64,000 nt of DNA from positions 4,905,581-4,969,580 of the forward strand of contig JBJCIZ010000239.1 of NCBI GenBank assembly GCA_051294375.1, in the 5' to 3' direction. Source of the DNA: Paraspadella gotoi. Its lineage: Eukaryota; Animalia; Chaetognatha. The first letter of the stretch is position 1, and the number at the start of each line of letters is the position of its first letter. The translations under genes and the position numbers were made by a program. Of the stretch, positions 12,176-24,594 are shown in pieces. The notes under the pieces were generated by a model. It did not search any database. It was not told the origin of the DNA and saw nothing but the letters and a program-made list of their open reading frames with translations.

Positions 12176-13300
12176 TTAAGAAGAAACCGTAGTTCATAAA
12201 ACAGTTTATGTTTACACTCCAGAAATATTTTATTAACTAATTTAACTAGGCATCTTTTTTCAAGATTTTCAGTATGTGTTTATTATTATTTAACAGCCAA
12301 TAAGGTTATAAAAAATAGTTAAAATTTTACCATTAAGTAGTTTTTGATTCTCAGAATGTCTGGAAAGGATCCTTTTCAAGACAAAAGTAATGAAAAAATA
12401 TAAGATGAATTAATTTAATGACAAATATTAATAGGTCAAGACAGAAAATAAAAAAGATTGAAAGTTTCTCATTTTAAATTAGATGTCAAAGAATTTGCTT
12501 CTGTGAACTTATTTCAATAAAGAGAGAAAGGATCAAGACTTTTAAGTCTACTGAAGTGGAATCTGAGATTTCTGATGAAAGGGGAAGTCGTTTTCTACCG
12601 CGAGATAGTATGTAAATAGCTATCTTAACCCATAATTATAATAATGGCCCAACATTCATATTTTTATTTAAAAATAAACAATAGTTTGGACCTTTGCATT
12701 GTGTTAATAAACCAAAATTATTTTTTATTGTCTTTTTAAAGTAAAAAACCGATTGAATTGTTTTCAGTAATCATTTACTTGAAACATAATAATTAATAAA
12801 ATGATAAATATGAAATTTAAAAAGTTTTAACTTAGTTTTAAATGAAAGCAAACTAGTTTTTTATTAAATATATTTTTATACATTGAAAAATTTTGATTGA
12901 CCTTCACTTTTAAAGTGATTGATAAGGTCAAAACAGGGAAAAATGCTCGTTCTGGGCCCTGTTTTTTTAAATTGTTATTTCAAATTATGATAAATATTAA
13001 AGTTTATATAATAAAAAGTGTAATTTACTTTCTCTTTAGTCTAAAAAAAAAAAAATTAAATAGATTAATGATCTTAATCGTTTTAAAATGTGGGAAAAAT
13101 TGAAAAATGCTTGTTCAGGGCCCGGTAGTCCAGCGATTTCGACTAAACTGAGCAATTTCGACCTCACCATCAAATTTCCCACCCCAAAGCCTGTCAAACC
13201 ATTAAAAAATAATTTTTAATAAAAAAAATAGTTTTTTAATCCTTATAAAATCGTCAAATTTCAAAATAATTTTTATTTTATTTAGGTTGTCAGACATTAA

Positions 13301-14207
13301 GAAAAAGGGTCATTCAATAACTTCAAAATAGGCCAAAATGGAGTACAAATTCAGAAAGCCGAGCTCCTGGCGATTCCGAAAAATGTATTTACTTAAAATT
13401 TGATGCATTCTACCCCATTTATATCGGTTTTAATTATAATATAAAATAAAAGAAACCCTATCTGAAGAGTTTGCAGGTAAACGAAAGGCCCAATCCATCT
13501 TGATATTTTTTATGAATTTTTTATTACTGAATTAGGAAAATGTAATAGAGAGAAATTTTTAAATTTCAACTTTTATCCTTGAAAATGAAACGTTTTTAAA
13601 CTTTAACCCTGAATTCTTTTTAACTGGAACGCGTTTATCAAAATGTCTCTCTATTACATTTTTACAAATGTTTTTAAGATTGCTAATCAAATTTTTAATT
13701 CAATATTATTGTAGTTGTTTAGGCTGCAACTCTTCAAATTCAGTGTAGATTCATTGTAGCTCGAATTTCTTTACCATCTATTTAACTGAAGATTTTGTTC
13801 ATGACTGGAAAACCAACAGAGTAACGAGATTAATTGTTTAATTCTCCCCTTCTAAACTATCCCATACCGTGTTTTAACTTCTTACCTAGAATTTTTTAAC
13901 CACCAGATTGAAAAACAAATCTTTAAAAACTGTGCTTACCCATTTAACTTAACAATTTTATTTACCCAGTTAAAAAAAAGATTGAAAACAGAATGTTTAC
14001 ATATAAATAAAAACTTATTTTTTGTGATTACTGATGACTATAATGTATTTCTCAGTATTATTGTTTAGGTAAACACATTCATAATATTGTTTGGCAGTTT
14101 GCCTCACTTCTTCGGCTCAAAACGCGAAGAAACCGGGATCCAAATCTACATATATTAGCTCTAATACATCAATGATTACGTATTGTTATGCTGAATGACC
14201 TTTCCTT
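13301..14207 (-). mobile_element. Second copy of the TTAA-TSD element, inverted
   Basis: TTAA|GAAAAAGGGTCATTCA ... TGAATGACCTTTCCTT|TTAA; reverse complement of 11356-12175 with an extra ~95-bp insert. Confidence 0.7.
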
Positions 14208-14258
14208 TTAACATTAAATCAGAAAACAAAAATCTTACTCTTTCTGTTTATGATAAAA
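14208..14258 (+). pseudogene. Penelope-like RT fragment (continuation)
   Basis: NIKSENKNLTLSVYDK, which joins RDSFSF at 22036 after removing the family B insertion. Confidence 0.65.
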
Positions 14259-15679
14259 TAGACGAGAATCTCGATTTTAAAAAAATTCAACATTTTTCTA
14301 ATAGAGAGTTCAGTTCAAATCTGACTACCAAAATTGCAAACGCGATTGCCAGAAATTCGGGTAGAAATCAGTTGTAAAAACGCAGGATTCCGATAGTGTT
14401 TCATTTGAAGAGCTTGTCCTATTCGTTTTATCATATTTGATGAAGGATTTGATAACAAACAAGCCAAGGGAAATGCGCTCCTCATCTTCAGAGAATTTTA
14501 CTATAGAAATGAACAGGAAAGTTTACTAACTTAAAATTGCAAACGGGATTGCTATATGTTCCTGTTACATGAGAGACTTCGAATTTCGCGATTCCGATAG
14601 CTTTGTGTCTGAAGAGCTTGTCCTATTTTTCTTTTTATCGTCGCAATCGCTTAGCATTTGCGACGATATTGTAACGCTTTTATAATTAAATTTTGGTGTA
14701 TGAAGCTGAAAATTTACTAATACAGCTTCTCATCATCGATGTGCTTAAAATTGAGTCTAGACAGTTATTAAAATTAGGGCCTGCGCATCGTTCGAATCGA
14801 AGTTCCGATCAAGTTTCCTTTATATTTCACTTCTATTCAAAACTGCATAGTCAAGAGCCCATATAAATTATATCAATATGGCGTATATTTCGAAAGCTTG
14901 GCGTCTTGGGGAAGCCAACGGAGTGTAGAGCGGATCGAACATTCCTTATTTATCATAGACCAAAATGGTTATTAAATGAACTGTGCAGACCGTTTTTTCC
15001 CTTTTCCCAAAAAACCTGCTTGATACTCTTTGTAAATAGAACAAATCATACATATCAGTACGGTTCGGATAGCTTATTGTCTTTTCTACTAGATAAAAAA
15101 AAGAAAAGTTTAAATTCTTTGCAATCTTGAATGCTTGTTAAAGCAATCAAATGAACTGGTTTTAGGTGAAAACTGCATAGTCAAGCCTTCAATTTTTTTT
15201 TGTTCTAAGACCATCGAAAGAAACTGTATTGTTTTTACTATCTGTTTCAGTAGAGCGCGGGGGTAAATTTAGAGAGTTTATATTAAATTTAGAGCAAATA
15301 GAAAGGATATCAAGTTTTCGCACCTAAAAGCTTTTTTAAGCGCGTTTCGGTCTGCATTGAAAATGGGTGACGTAGGTTATCCAATAAGGACATCAATTAA
15401 AAATAAGCGTTGATCATTGCGCGATCCGGCCAGATAATACCATATTCAAACATGGCTTTACCGTATTTTTACATTTTAGAACACGGTCTATATGAAATGT
15501 TTTGAATTTCACGCCCGTGATATTGGCGTTCTAGGCGTCGCTTTGTTCCTTGTTAGTCTCTTTATCTTATCTCTTGAATAGACATTAATTATTGTTATGT
15601 GATAGTGACAAAACCGTTCAATAAAATCTTAAAAGCAATAGGATCGAGCCTACTTTTGAATGATAAACCAAAAATTGAT

Positions 15680-15900
15680 GTGATAACCAAATATTTGATG
15701 CGATGATAACCAAATATTGATGCGATGATAACGGAAGGATTGATGCGATGATAACCAATGATGGATACGATGATAGTCATTCATTGATGCGATGATTGTC
15801 ACTTCATTGATGCGCATGATTGTCATTCATTGATGCGATGCTAGTCATCATTGCATCGATGATTGTCATTCATTGATGCGATGCTAGTCATTCATTGACG
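15680..15900. repeat. Degenerate ~20-bp minisatellite (CATTCATTGATGCGATGAT-like)
   Basis: Repeated ATTGATGCGATG cores. Confidence 0.7.
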
Positions 15901-15911
15901 TGAGCATGACT

Positions 15912-16675
15912 TTGAAAAAAGTATGCATCTTCAAAAAAGTATGCATACTTCAAAAAAGTATGCATACTTCAAAAAAGTATGCATACTTCAAAAAAGTATG
16001 GCATACTTCAAAAAAGTATGCATACTTCAAAAAAGTATGCATACTTCAAAAAGTATGCATACTTCAAAAAAGTATGCATACTTCAAAAAAGTATGCATAC
16101 TTCAAAAAGTATGCATACTTTCAAAAAGTATGCCATACTTCAAAAAAGTAATGCATACTTCAAAAAAGTATGCATACTTCAAAAAAGTATGCATACTTCA
16201 AAAAGTATGCATACTTCAAAAAAGTATGCATACTTTTTCTAAAATATGCATACTTTTTCTAAGTATGCATACTTTTTGAAGTATGCATACTTTTTTTAAA
16301 AGAATATGCATACTTTTTTCAAAGATGCATACTTTTCAAAGTATGCATACTTTTCAAATTAGTGCTACTTTTTCAAAAGTATGCATACTTTTTCAAAGTA
16401 TGCATACTTTCAAAGTATCATACTTTTTTCAAAGTATGCCATACTTTTTTTAAAATATGCATACTTTTTTAAATATGCATACTTTTTTCAAAGTATCATA
16501 CTTTTTGAAGTATGCATACTTTTTTCAAAGTATGCATACTTTTTTGAAGTATGCATACTTTTTTAAAATATGCATACTTTTTTGAAGTATCATACTTTTT
16601 AAATATGCATACTTTAAAATATGCATACTTTTTTTCAAAGTATGCCATACTTTTTTCAAAGTATGCATACTTTTC
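15912..16675. repeat. 19-bp satellite with palindromic core AAGTATGCATACTT, arranged as two head-to-head arrays
   Basis: CAAAAAAGTATGCATACTT units up to ~16235, then reverse-complement-like units; source of the spurious KKYAYF/SMHT ORFs. Confidence 0.9.
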
Positions 16676-17744
16676 CAATTATAAGTGAATTCTTAATCTT
16701 TGAATTAACGACATTAAATTGAGTTAGTTTAATAGTAGTTTGCTGGTGAGATCAGTCAATATACTTTCAATTTATTACTTCTTGGCTCTCTTGTCTTTTC
16801 CCTTTTTTATTCTGTTAAATTATGTTATTTTTGTGATTAATTTTGTAAGGATTCCTTTTTTTCCGGGCTTCGCTTATTCTATTTTCTCTTATGAGGCCCG
16901 GTTTAAAGCTTAGTACTACGGTAGTTCAAATCCTTATTGGATCAAAACGAGTCGCTTTTAAGCGAAAGTTGATCGATTTAAGCGCGATTTTCGCGACTGT
17001 TTTATTGCCATAACTTTTGAACGGATTATCCGATTTTTATGAAATTTTGCATATAGATAGTATTTTTAAATCCCTATCGATCGGTACCAAATTTATTTTA
17101 AAAATACTCAATAGTTTAGAACAACGATGCACATCCCCAATTAAATATGTTTTGTTTACGTTTTATCAAAAACAAACAAATTTTCTCTCTTTTATTTTCA
17201 TATTTCTTTCTCTTTAATTACATGTCTCTCTCCCTCTCTCTCTTTCCCTAGTCACTGATTCATATCATTGAGAAAAACAAACGAGCCTGCACTTCTGCTC
17301 TGCATGGCTCTATTCTTTTTCTCTCTTTTCTCCTGCTGTTTCTGCTGCTGCCTTTTGAGTCTGCAGCTGGCTCTGCAGTGGCTTTTTCTTTTCTCCTCTT
17401 TTCTCCTGCTGCTTCTGCTGCTGCCTTTGATTTCTCTTTCTTTTTTCTTCTCTCTCTCTCTCTCGCGTTTTATTTTAAAAAATTATAGGATTTGAACTCG
17501 TAAAATTAGGCATCGCATTCGTGCATTTTGCTATTTTTCAGAAACTGTAACTTTATTTTTTCCGTACTTTATATATTTTCTTTTTCATTGACAATCGCAA
17601 AATAGAATTTTTCTTTGTTTATAATTTTAATTTTCTTTTCTCTAATTTTCTTTTTTTTAGTATCAAAATTTGTCGTCAATCCAGATTTTTCTTATGCTAT
17701 TATGACGGTCCTTATGCTTTAAGATTTTTTTTCTTTCTGTTTAT

Positions 17745-20313
17745 GACACGGTGCAAGGTAACGTGGCGAAACCTACCCATGTAAAATTTTAACATATTTC
17801 TTTATCTGTGAGCCAAACTTGAAGCTGTATGTTAATAATACCGCACGCGTTTGGTTCAACCAAACCTTTACTTTTACCATAACCCTCACTTATCTACAAA
17901 AAAAAAATGAGTAAAAAGCAATAAAAAGCAATCTCGAGGTGGTGAAAATCTCTATCAAAATTTTATACTGCTTGATTTATCAGTTAAACCATATAGCCAA
18001 AAAATATTATAAATGATTATAATTATACACCAAATGATAGCTGAGACCAAGATCTTACTTTCTGATCCAGTATTTGATAATTTTGAATTAAGAAACAATA
18101 TGTTTTAGATCAATCAGTTTGAAAACTAAAATGACAATTTTTTTTTAAATTTTTTTAAGATTTGACTTTCTTTTTTTACTGTGTTCTTTATGTAATGCGG
18201 TAAAGAATAAGGAAGACATTTTGAGTTAGGTCATGTTATTGCAATCATGTTTGTATATTTTTAAACCATTCGGACTACAACTTCTATACCATAAACATTT
18301 TTATTTATTAAAAAAATAGGAAAAAAAGATTTTGGAAAAAAAGATTGTCATCTAGAGACCTATCACTTTTAGATGTACACATTGTCTTGCTCATTTATGG
18401 CTTTTGCTTTAAGAAATCAGCAAAACGTTTCCTCTTTTTTTTTAAAAAATTTTAAAACGGTTTTTTGCAAGTGAATATTGACATCATCCTCCAGGGACTG
18501 GCATAAAAATATATAAAAAAATCAATTAAAATTAGCTCTCATATGAGGTATCTCTTTTGAGCATTGAGAATTTTAGATCTGGAAATAGGGTACGAATTTT
18601 GCATTTTAAAAAAAATCAGCTTTTAGCTATTTGATTTTGCTACAATCTGATTTTTTTTCTTTTCTTGATCACTTGTAATTTAGAGGAAAAATAAAATTCT
18701 CGGTGAGCATAGGTCATATCGATTTTTCTCTCAATTTTTTTGTAGTTATTGTAAATACTTTTTAAGAAAGAATTTAAGTTATATAGATCTGTAAAGAGAC
18801 AAATAGGGAGAGTAAAGTAGGAAAAAGTCAGGAGATAAGGAAAAATATAAAAGGGAGAGGGAGAAAGACAGAGAGAAAGAGTTGGATTACAGAAACGATT
18901 TTCTCAGCCGTTCGAAAATGTTGCTGTTTTCCTTTGGGAGTCACCGACCACGACAATATTTTTGCAGCAAAATCTCCGGAGATAAAAATTCGATACAGAG
19001 AGGCTCTAAAACTTTTAAGCATTCATCTGTCAGTCATCTGTCAGTCTGTCCATCCGTCTGTCCCACCTTAGCAAAAAACACCAATTACTCGTGATTGGAT
19101 GGATGGATAGGAATGAAATGTATGTGAAGTATGAGAAGTGTATGAGAAGTGTGTGATTGAGCTGGATATAAAGTTTCGATGAAATCGAAATGAGTTTAAA
19201 TGGAAAAAACAAAAAAATATATTTTACTATTTGAACACCAATTACTCATGAGTGGATAGGGCGATTGACTTGAAATTTTATATTTGGGTAGAAAGGTGTG
19301 TGATTAAACTGGAAATCAAGTGTCGATAGAATCGTTTAAGTGAAAATGAGTTTAAATGGAAAAAACAAAGAACCTGTTTCACTAATTGATTATGCTTCTT
19401 TTTCTTTTTATTTTAAATGTAAATGCAAGATGTATTAATTAATCAAATAATTAATCAGTTAATTAATCAATTAGTCAATTAATTAATCAATAATTAGTTA
19501 ATCAGTCAATTAATCAATCAAAACAAACATTTCAGATCCAATTAATTAATTGCCTAATTAATTAAATAATTAACTTGAATAAATTAATTATTAATTAAAT
19601 AATTAATTATTTTGATTTAATTTTTAATTAATTAATTACCGATAATGATTGTGGGCATATCCGACATTGTTTACTCAAACTTGTTTTCTCGTGAATTGAT
19701 TTTTAATATTAACTATGTTCATGTTTGCCCCAAACTTTATTTCTTCATACATAAAATGAAATAAATTTTTTCTGTCATGCTATTTAGAATTAAAAAAATA
19801 AATTTATTTTCAGGGATAAAAAAACATCTTCATTGACTGATTGAGGGAAAAAATTAAAAATTAAATATTTTGATGGTTTTTTTTATAATCTGTAAATAGA
19901 TCGGAGTAAACTATGAAATATGAAATTAAAAAGTATAATAAATTTTTGGTTTAAAGTATCATTTTTAAAAAATTAACTAGCTATATTTTTTATTATTTAT
20001 AAAAATTAAGACACTATTTAAAAAAAATTTGAATCACTTAACTGAAGGTAAGGGACAAATTACAGCATGAGAAGTCTGTACCCAATTTTTTTTTTCATTA
20101 TAACAATAAAAGATATGAAAAAAAAGTATTCATTTTTTGGTCCTTATCCTGTATTTAGTCATATCTTTCATACCATATAAGATTTTGCATTAATATTTTT
20201 CGTACTTATCTAAAAAATCATGATGTTTCAGACAACCCATTCAAAGGCAAGATTTATAATCACTGAATTTTTTTTATTTCTGCAGTCTTCGCCACGTTAA
20301 CTTGCATCGTGTC
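17745..20313. mobile_element. TIR DNA transposon (26-bp TIR, TTAT TSD), Kolobok/Sola-like, non-autonomous
   Basis: TTAT|GACACGGTGCAAGGTAACGTGGCGAA ... TTCGCCACGTTAACTTGCATCGTGTC|TTAT. Confidence 0.75.
19020..19686 (+). mobile_element. 5'-truncated HINE
   Basis: Matches 8530-9248; 3' end GGGCATATCCGACATTGTTTACTCAAACTTGTTT. Confidence 0.7.
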
Positions 20314-20529
20314 TTATAAATTAATTTTCTTTTCTCAAATTTGATTTTTTTCGTGACAAAATTTGTAGTCAATCCAGATTTTTCTTATGCGATTGCGACG
20401 ATCCTTATGCTTTTAAGATTTTTTCATTTTATAATGATTTTGACATAAAATGATCAGGTTAAATGAAATAGTCCGGTTTGAATCGCGAAATTTTTATTTT
20501 TTAAAAGAAAATGAGAGGAAGAACTTTAA

Positions 20530-21782
20530 GGCCTGGGATCACTGGCCAAAAGTTATAATTAGGATTAAATAAAGCTTGTATTCGAAAAGTAGAGGTCCGT
20601 TGATTCTGAAAATGTATTCACTTTATCTTCTCTTCGAATCCATTGCTGTTTTTTCAATTTTATAATACTATATAAAATAAAAGAAACCTTTCGGAAGAGT
20701 TGCAGCCCAAACGGCTAAGGGATTTTCATGAAATTTTACATAAATTTACTTGAGGACAAGGGTCCAATTCTATGAGAGGGATTTTTCAAATTCACAATTC
20801 TTCATAAGAAAAAAAAGAATAAAAAAATTTTGGCATTAAATTCTAAATATCTTGAAAACTAGTAACATTTTCCAAAATCCCTCTCATAGAATTTCTCCCA
20901 CCTTTCCATACTTAAAAAAAATAATTTTAGTTTATTTTTATTTCAAACGGTTTTAGCTCCAACTCTTTTTGTTTATTTATTTTTATTTTTTATTTTTTTT
21001 CTGTAGATTTTACAGAACTGAAAGTCGAGCAAAGAACTTTAAAATCGTTACACTTTTCCGAAATCTATTTTCATTTCTAGTTTAAATGATGGCTTTACCA
21101 ATCTTTAAAGTTTTATCAAATTTTGTACAATTCTTTTTAAATTAACAAATGGCTGTGGCTGGGGAAAGCACAAGGAGGAATGCTGCAAAGTGTTTTTATT
21201 TTTTTCTCAGTCTTGTTTTGAACCAGTTTTGAGACCTGCGGGAACAGAAACTAAATGTCAAAAGCAGAGCATGAGGCTGGTCCGTCTGTGGAATCTGTGG
21301 CAGTCTATGGCACCATTGAGGGTTGTTATCAAAGTGGACCCAACTTCAGATGCCAGGGGACGAATGTCTTTGAATTTTACAATTTTACAATTTTTAATCA
21401 TTCTTTTTTGTATAAAATTATAATAGACATCCTTATATAAGCGTTCTGCTCTCTCTCTACATAAAGTTTATGTTTTTCATCATTAATTGATTCTATAACA
21501 TAATTGGAATGACTTGGTTTTAGTTGTTAGTATTACACTGAGGTAGGTGCTGTTAATTGAAAAAAAAATTAAAAATTGCGTTTAAAAATGACTTTACCGT
21601 GTTGGATGAAATTTTTAAGGTTTACTGATAAAAAAATTGCCGATTTTTAGTTGCCTCTTGAAGCTGAACCTTAATCAAATTTAGAGTTTTTTTTTTTGAA
21701 ACATGAAGGGAATACACTTTCTTTGACATAATAATAAATTGTACAAAGCTTTATGCAATTCTTGTTTGAATGATCCCAGGCC
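20530..21782. mobile_element. Kolobok-like element (TTAA TSD, TIR GGCCTGGGATCA)
   Basis: TTAA|GGCCTGGGATCA ... TGATCCCAGGCC|TTAA. Confidence 0.8.
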
Positions 21783-22029
21783 TTAAGAGAAAAAATTAGC
21801 CACCGGATTTATTAATTTGTAAGCGGCAGTCAGAATCGGCGAAAATAATAAAAGGCAAACATGTTGAAAAATAAGGGGTAAATTTTGATACTTTTTTAAA
21901 ATTTTCTTCACGAGAAGAGGTCCAATTAAAATGATACTTAAGAATTACAATATTGACGTCATTCCATATCTTCCGGTCTGAGAATATACAAAAACTACCA
22001 TTGGCTTCTTCTTTTATAGTCATCTTCTA

Positions 22030-22215
22030 GATAAAAGGGATTCCTTTTCTTTTGAAGTAGTTAAATTAAAATGCCCATATATGGACAGTTGTATTCCTAA
22101 AAAGGTGTATTTATTAGCCAATTAATCAGATATGCAAGAATATGTTCGACATTTACAGATTTTTCATCGAGAGCAATAAATTTAAGCAAAAAACTACAAA
22201 GTAAGGGTTATATAT
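22030..22215 (+). pseudogene. Penelope-like RT thumb/C-terminal fragment
   Basis: DKRDSFSFEVVK...YMDSCIPKK, then (frameshift) VFISQLIRYARICSTFTDFSSRAINL...LQSKGY; resumes as FKDLRK at ~22528. Confidence 0.75.
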
Positions 22216-22524
22216 CATCGAAGATGGCATCGGAATCAAAGAGAAAATATTGGAATCGAATCAGAACCAAACCGGATCGGCGACTCGATGAAATCAACCG
22301 AGGACTCTCTGATTGGATGAATCACCACCGAGAATCAACCAATGAGAAGATGGGCTTCATGCCATCGGGAAGAGAGCCCATGTCGTTGATCGCTTCACTC
22401 TGTATAAATACCGAGCATTTTCTGTATTGTGTTAAACTGTCTCACGCCGCTCTTTGCTTGTGATTTTCCGAGAATAAAATCCACTTTGGTTTCATGTTGA
22501 AATCTCTGTCTACTTACTTAAATG
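22216..22524 (+). mobile_element. ~310-bp solo-LTR-like insertion with non-canonical ends
   Basis: Interrupts the PLE frame GGT TAT ATA TTT AAG and is flanked by ATAT; contains TATAAA (~22403) then AATAAA (~22473); ends CAT...ATG, not TG...CA. Confidence 0.45.
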
Positions 22525-24594
22525 ATATTTAAGGACTTAAGAAAAATGGGAAAAAATTGTTTAATAATGTAATAAGAACTAATAAAAAAATATAATGTTA
22601 CTGATGTTTATCTATTTTCAAAAAAGATTATACATGATAGTTACTAGTAAAAAAAATAAGGAAAAAATAACAAATTTAAACTATTAAATATTAAGGAATA
22701 ACAGATTTTTAGTATGTTAATGTTCACTTTACATTAACATACCATTAATTATTTAACTTATTATTTAACTAATTAAAATTATTTAAAATTTTCAAATTAT
22801 TACAAAACATTAATAAATTTCTTTAAAATTTATAATGCTGTGATGCCCGGGCCTTGGTCTGTTTAAGATAAACATATTATGGCTACTAAGATAAACATAT
22901 AAAATATACCTTTAAAATAATCTTAATATTATGGTGGACTAAAATCCACCAACCGTTCATCAGCGGTCATTGGTGCCGGAGGCAAGTCATTCGCCTCCCA
23001 ACCCAAAGGTCCAACCTTCTCTAATCCTAACCCTAACCTGGTTTTCCTGTCCATCTCTTATCCTTTCCCTTAACCTCAATCCTAACGCGGGCTTCCCAGC
23101 CAGATAGAGGGATGAGTAGATTCCACTGGATTCCCCATTTCTCTTCCCCATTCTCGATCGAGACACCTTTTCTTCTTCCTCTTCCGCCTCTTTTCCTCCC
23201 TTTCCCTTCCTCCTCATCGAGCGACGACAGAAGGAGCAAAGTGAGATTTTAGTTCTATCTTGGGTTCTACTTCATTTTATATACATTAAAAATCGTCATT
23301 TCCGACAAGAAAGATGAAATTATACAAAAAAATGGTCATCACCATCGAATTATTCAGAATGGAATTTAATATCTTAGATTTTGCTATATTTGAATAGAAC
23401 CAAATTCCTAAACTCGATCCCAAACCTTTTTTCATAATGTTTTTATATTTTTGGATAGAGAATGACTGGAATAATGTAAATCTTAAGTTACGTCTAAATT
23501 GGCCCATGGGTTTAGAAGAAATCGACCAAAAACAAACAAAATTCCTCTCCCTTTTTTCAACATTTTCCCCTTTTAAGATTTTCGCCGATTCTGACTTCCT
23601 CTTACAAACTTTAATTCCGCTAGTTAATTTTTTTTTCTCCTTAAATGAACAAAAGGAATCCATAACTTTCTATTATTTTATAATTTCTGGGTAAAAAAAT
23701 ATAATGAATTACATTAACATTGGGATATTAAGAAAGTATAATGTCTTGTGAAGCCTGTGAGAGTTAAATAATTAAAAAATTCGCCTATTTTATTATTGAA
23801 AAATGACAGTAAAGTGAACAAGTTGAATGTCTTCCGGCTCATTTCAGTAAACATCCCTGTTGTCTAGCATAAAATAATGTTTACTTTTTGCTGGTGGAAA
23901 AGAAAGATAAATACTTAGGCTGTGATGGGGTGAATAATATTTTGTAGAATTTTGTAAGCATGCTTGTAATATCAGTCAAGCAAATATTTAAGTTAAATAA
24001 AAATTATATTTTCTTGATCCAAAAAACTTTAAAGTACAATTTAGCCTTTTTCCTTTCAGAATCACTAAAGAGAATTTAATTTTCATTTATTTTTATGGGG
24101 TTTCATTAGTTTTAAAATTCACTATAATTTTGACTTAGTTTGACACTCACCCTGTAAAGAGGTTTCAGCAAAAATAATTCTAATATTGTAACTTGTATGT
24201 GCCCAATGATTATGGCTTCATTTTGGTACTATTGCCATCCCTGTATCTTTGTTCCTTCACAAGATATCAGGAAAAATCAGTTTTTTCTCTCAACCTTCCT
24301 TTTAATTTCTTATTAAATAAAAATTTCATGTTGTCAAACCAGGCCAATGGACTTTACCACGTTGGTTTACTATGAAGAGATTGGTCAATAATGAAAAGAA
24401 AAATTTGGCAAGCTCTTGAGACAAGAGGCTTTCTAAATCTCAAAATTCGAAGTAATATTTATAATGTTAACATACCCTAGCCCCGTTTACAATTTTCGAA
24501 AAGCAAAATTTCCCGTTCATTTCTATAGTAAAAACAAGGCTTGAAAATTCTGCGGAGATGACTAGTGCATTTCCCCTGGCTTGTTTGATATTAA

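Larger units (their letters stand above)
9745..13230. mobile_element. DNA transposon with long imperfect TIRs inserted in the Penelope RT (boundaries approximate)
   Basis: 9780-9890 (ATCGCTTGACTACCGGGCCCTGAATGAGCATTTTT) is the reverse complement of 13100-13200 (AAAAATGCTTGTTCAGGGCCCGGTAGTCCAGCGAT). Confidence 0.55.
14259..22029 (+). mobile_element. Non-autonomous DNA transposon family B (TAGA...TCTA, 7-bp TSD) carrying nested insertions
   Basis: TSD GATAAAA at 14252-14258 and 22030-22036; own sequence at ~14259-14635, 20421-20525 and 21783-22029, matching 55603-57090. Confidence 0.75.

Noticed and set aside
15900-16678. Repetitive ORFs (KKYAYF/SMHT) and a CRISPR-like palindromic repeat array
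   Set aside because: Pure tandem satellite with no unique spacers and no cas genes, in a eukaryotic context.
17280-17440. Duplicated CAG-rich unit that could encode RQQQKQQEKR on the minus strand
   Set aside because: Low complexity, and stops and frameshifts prevent a call.
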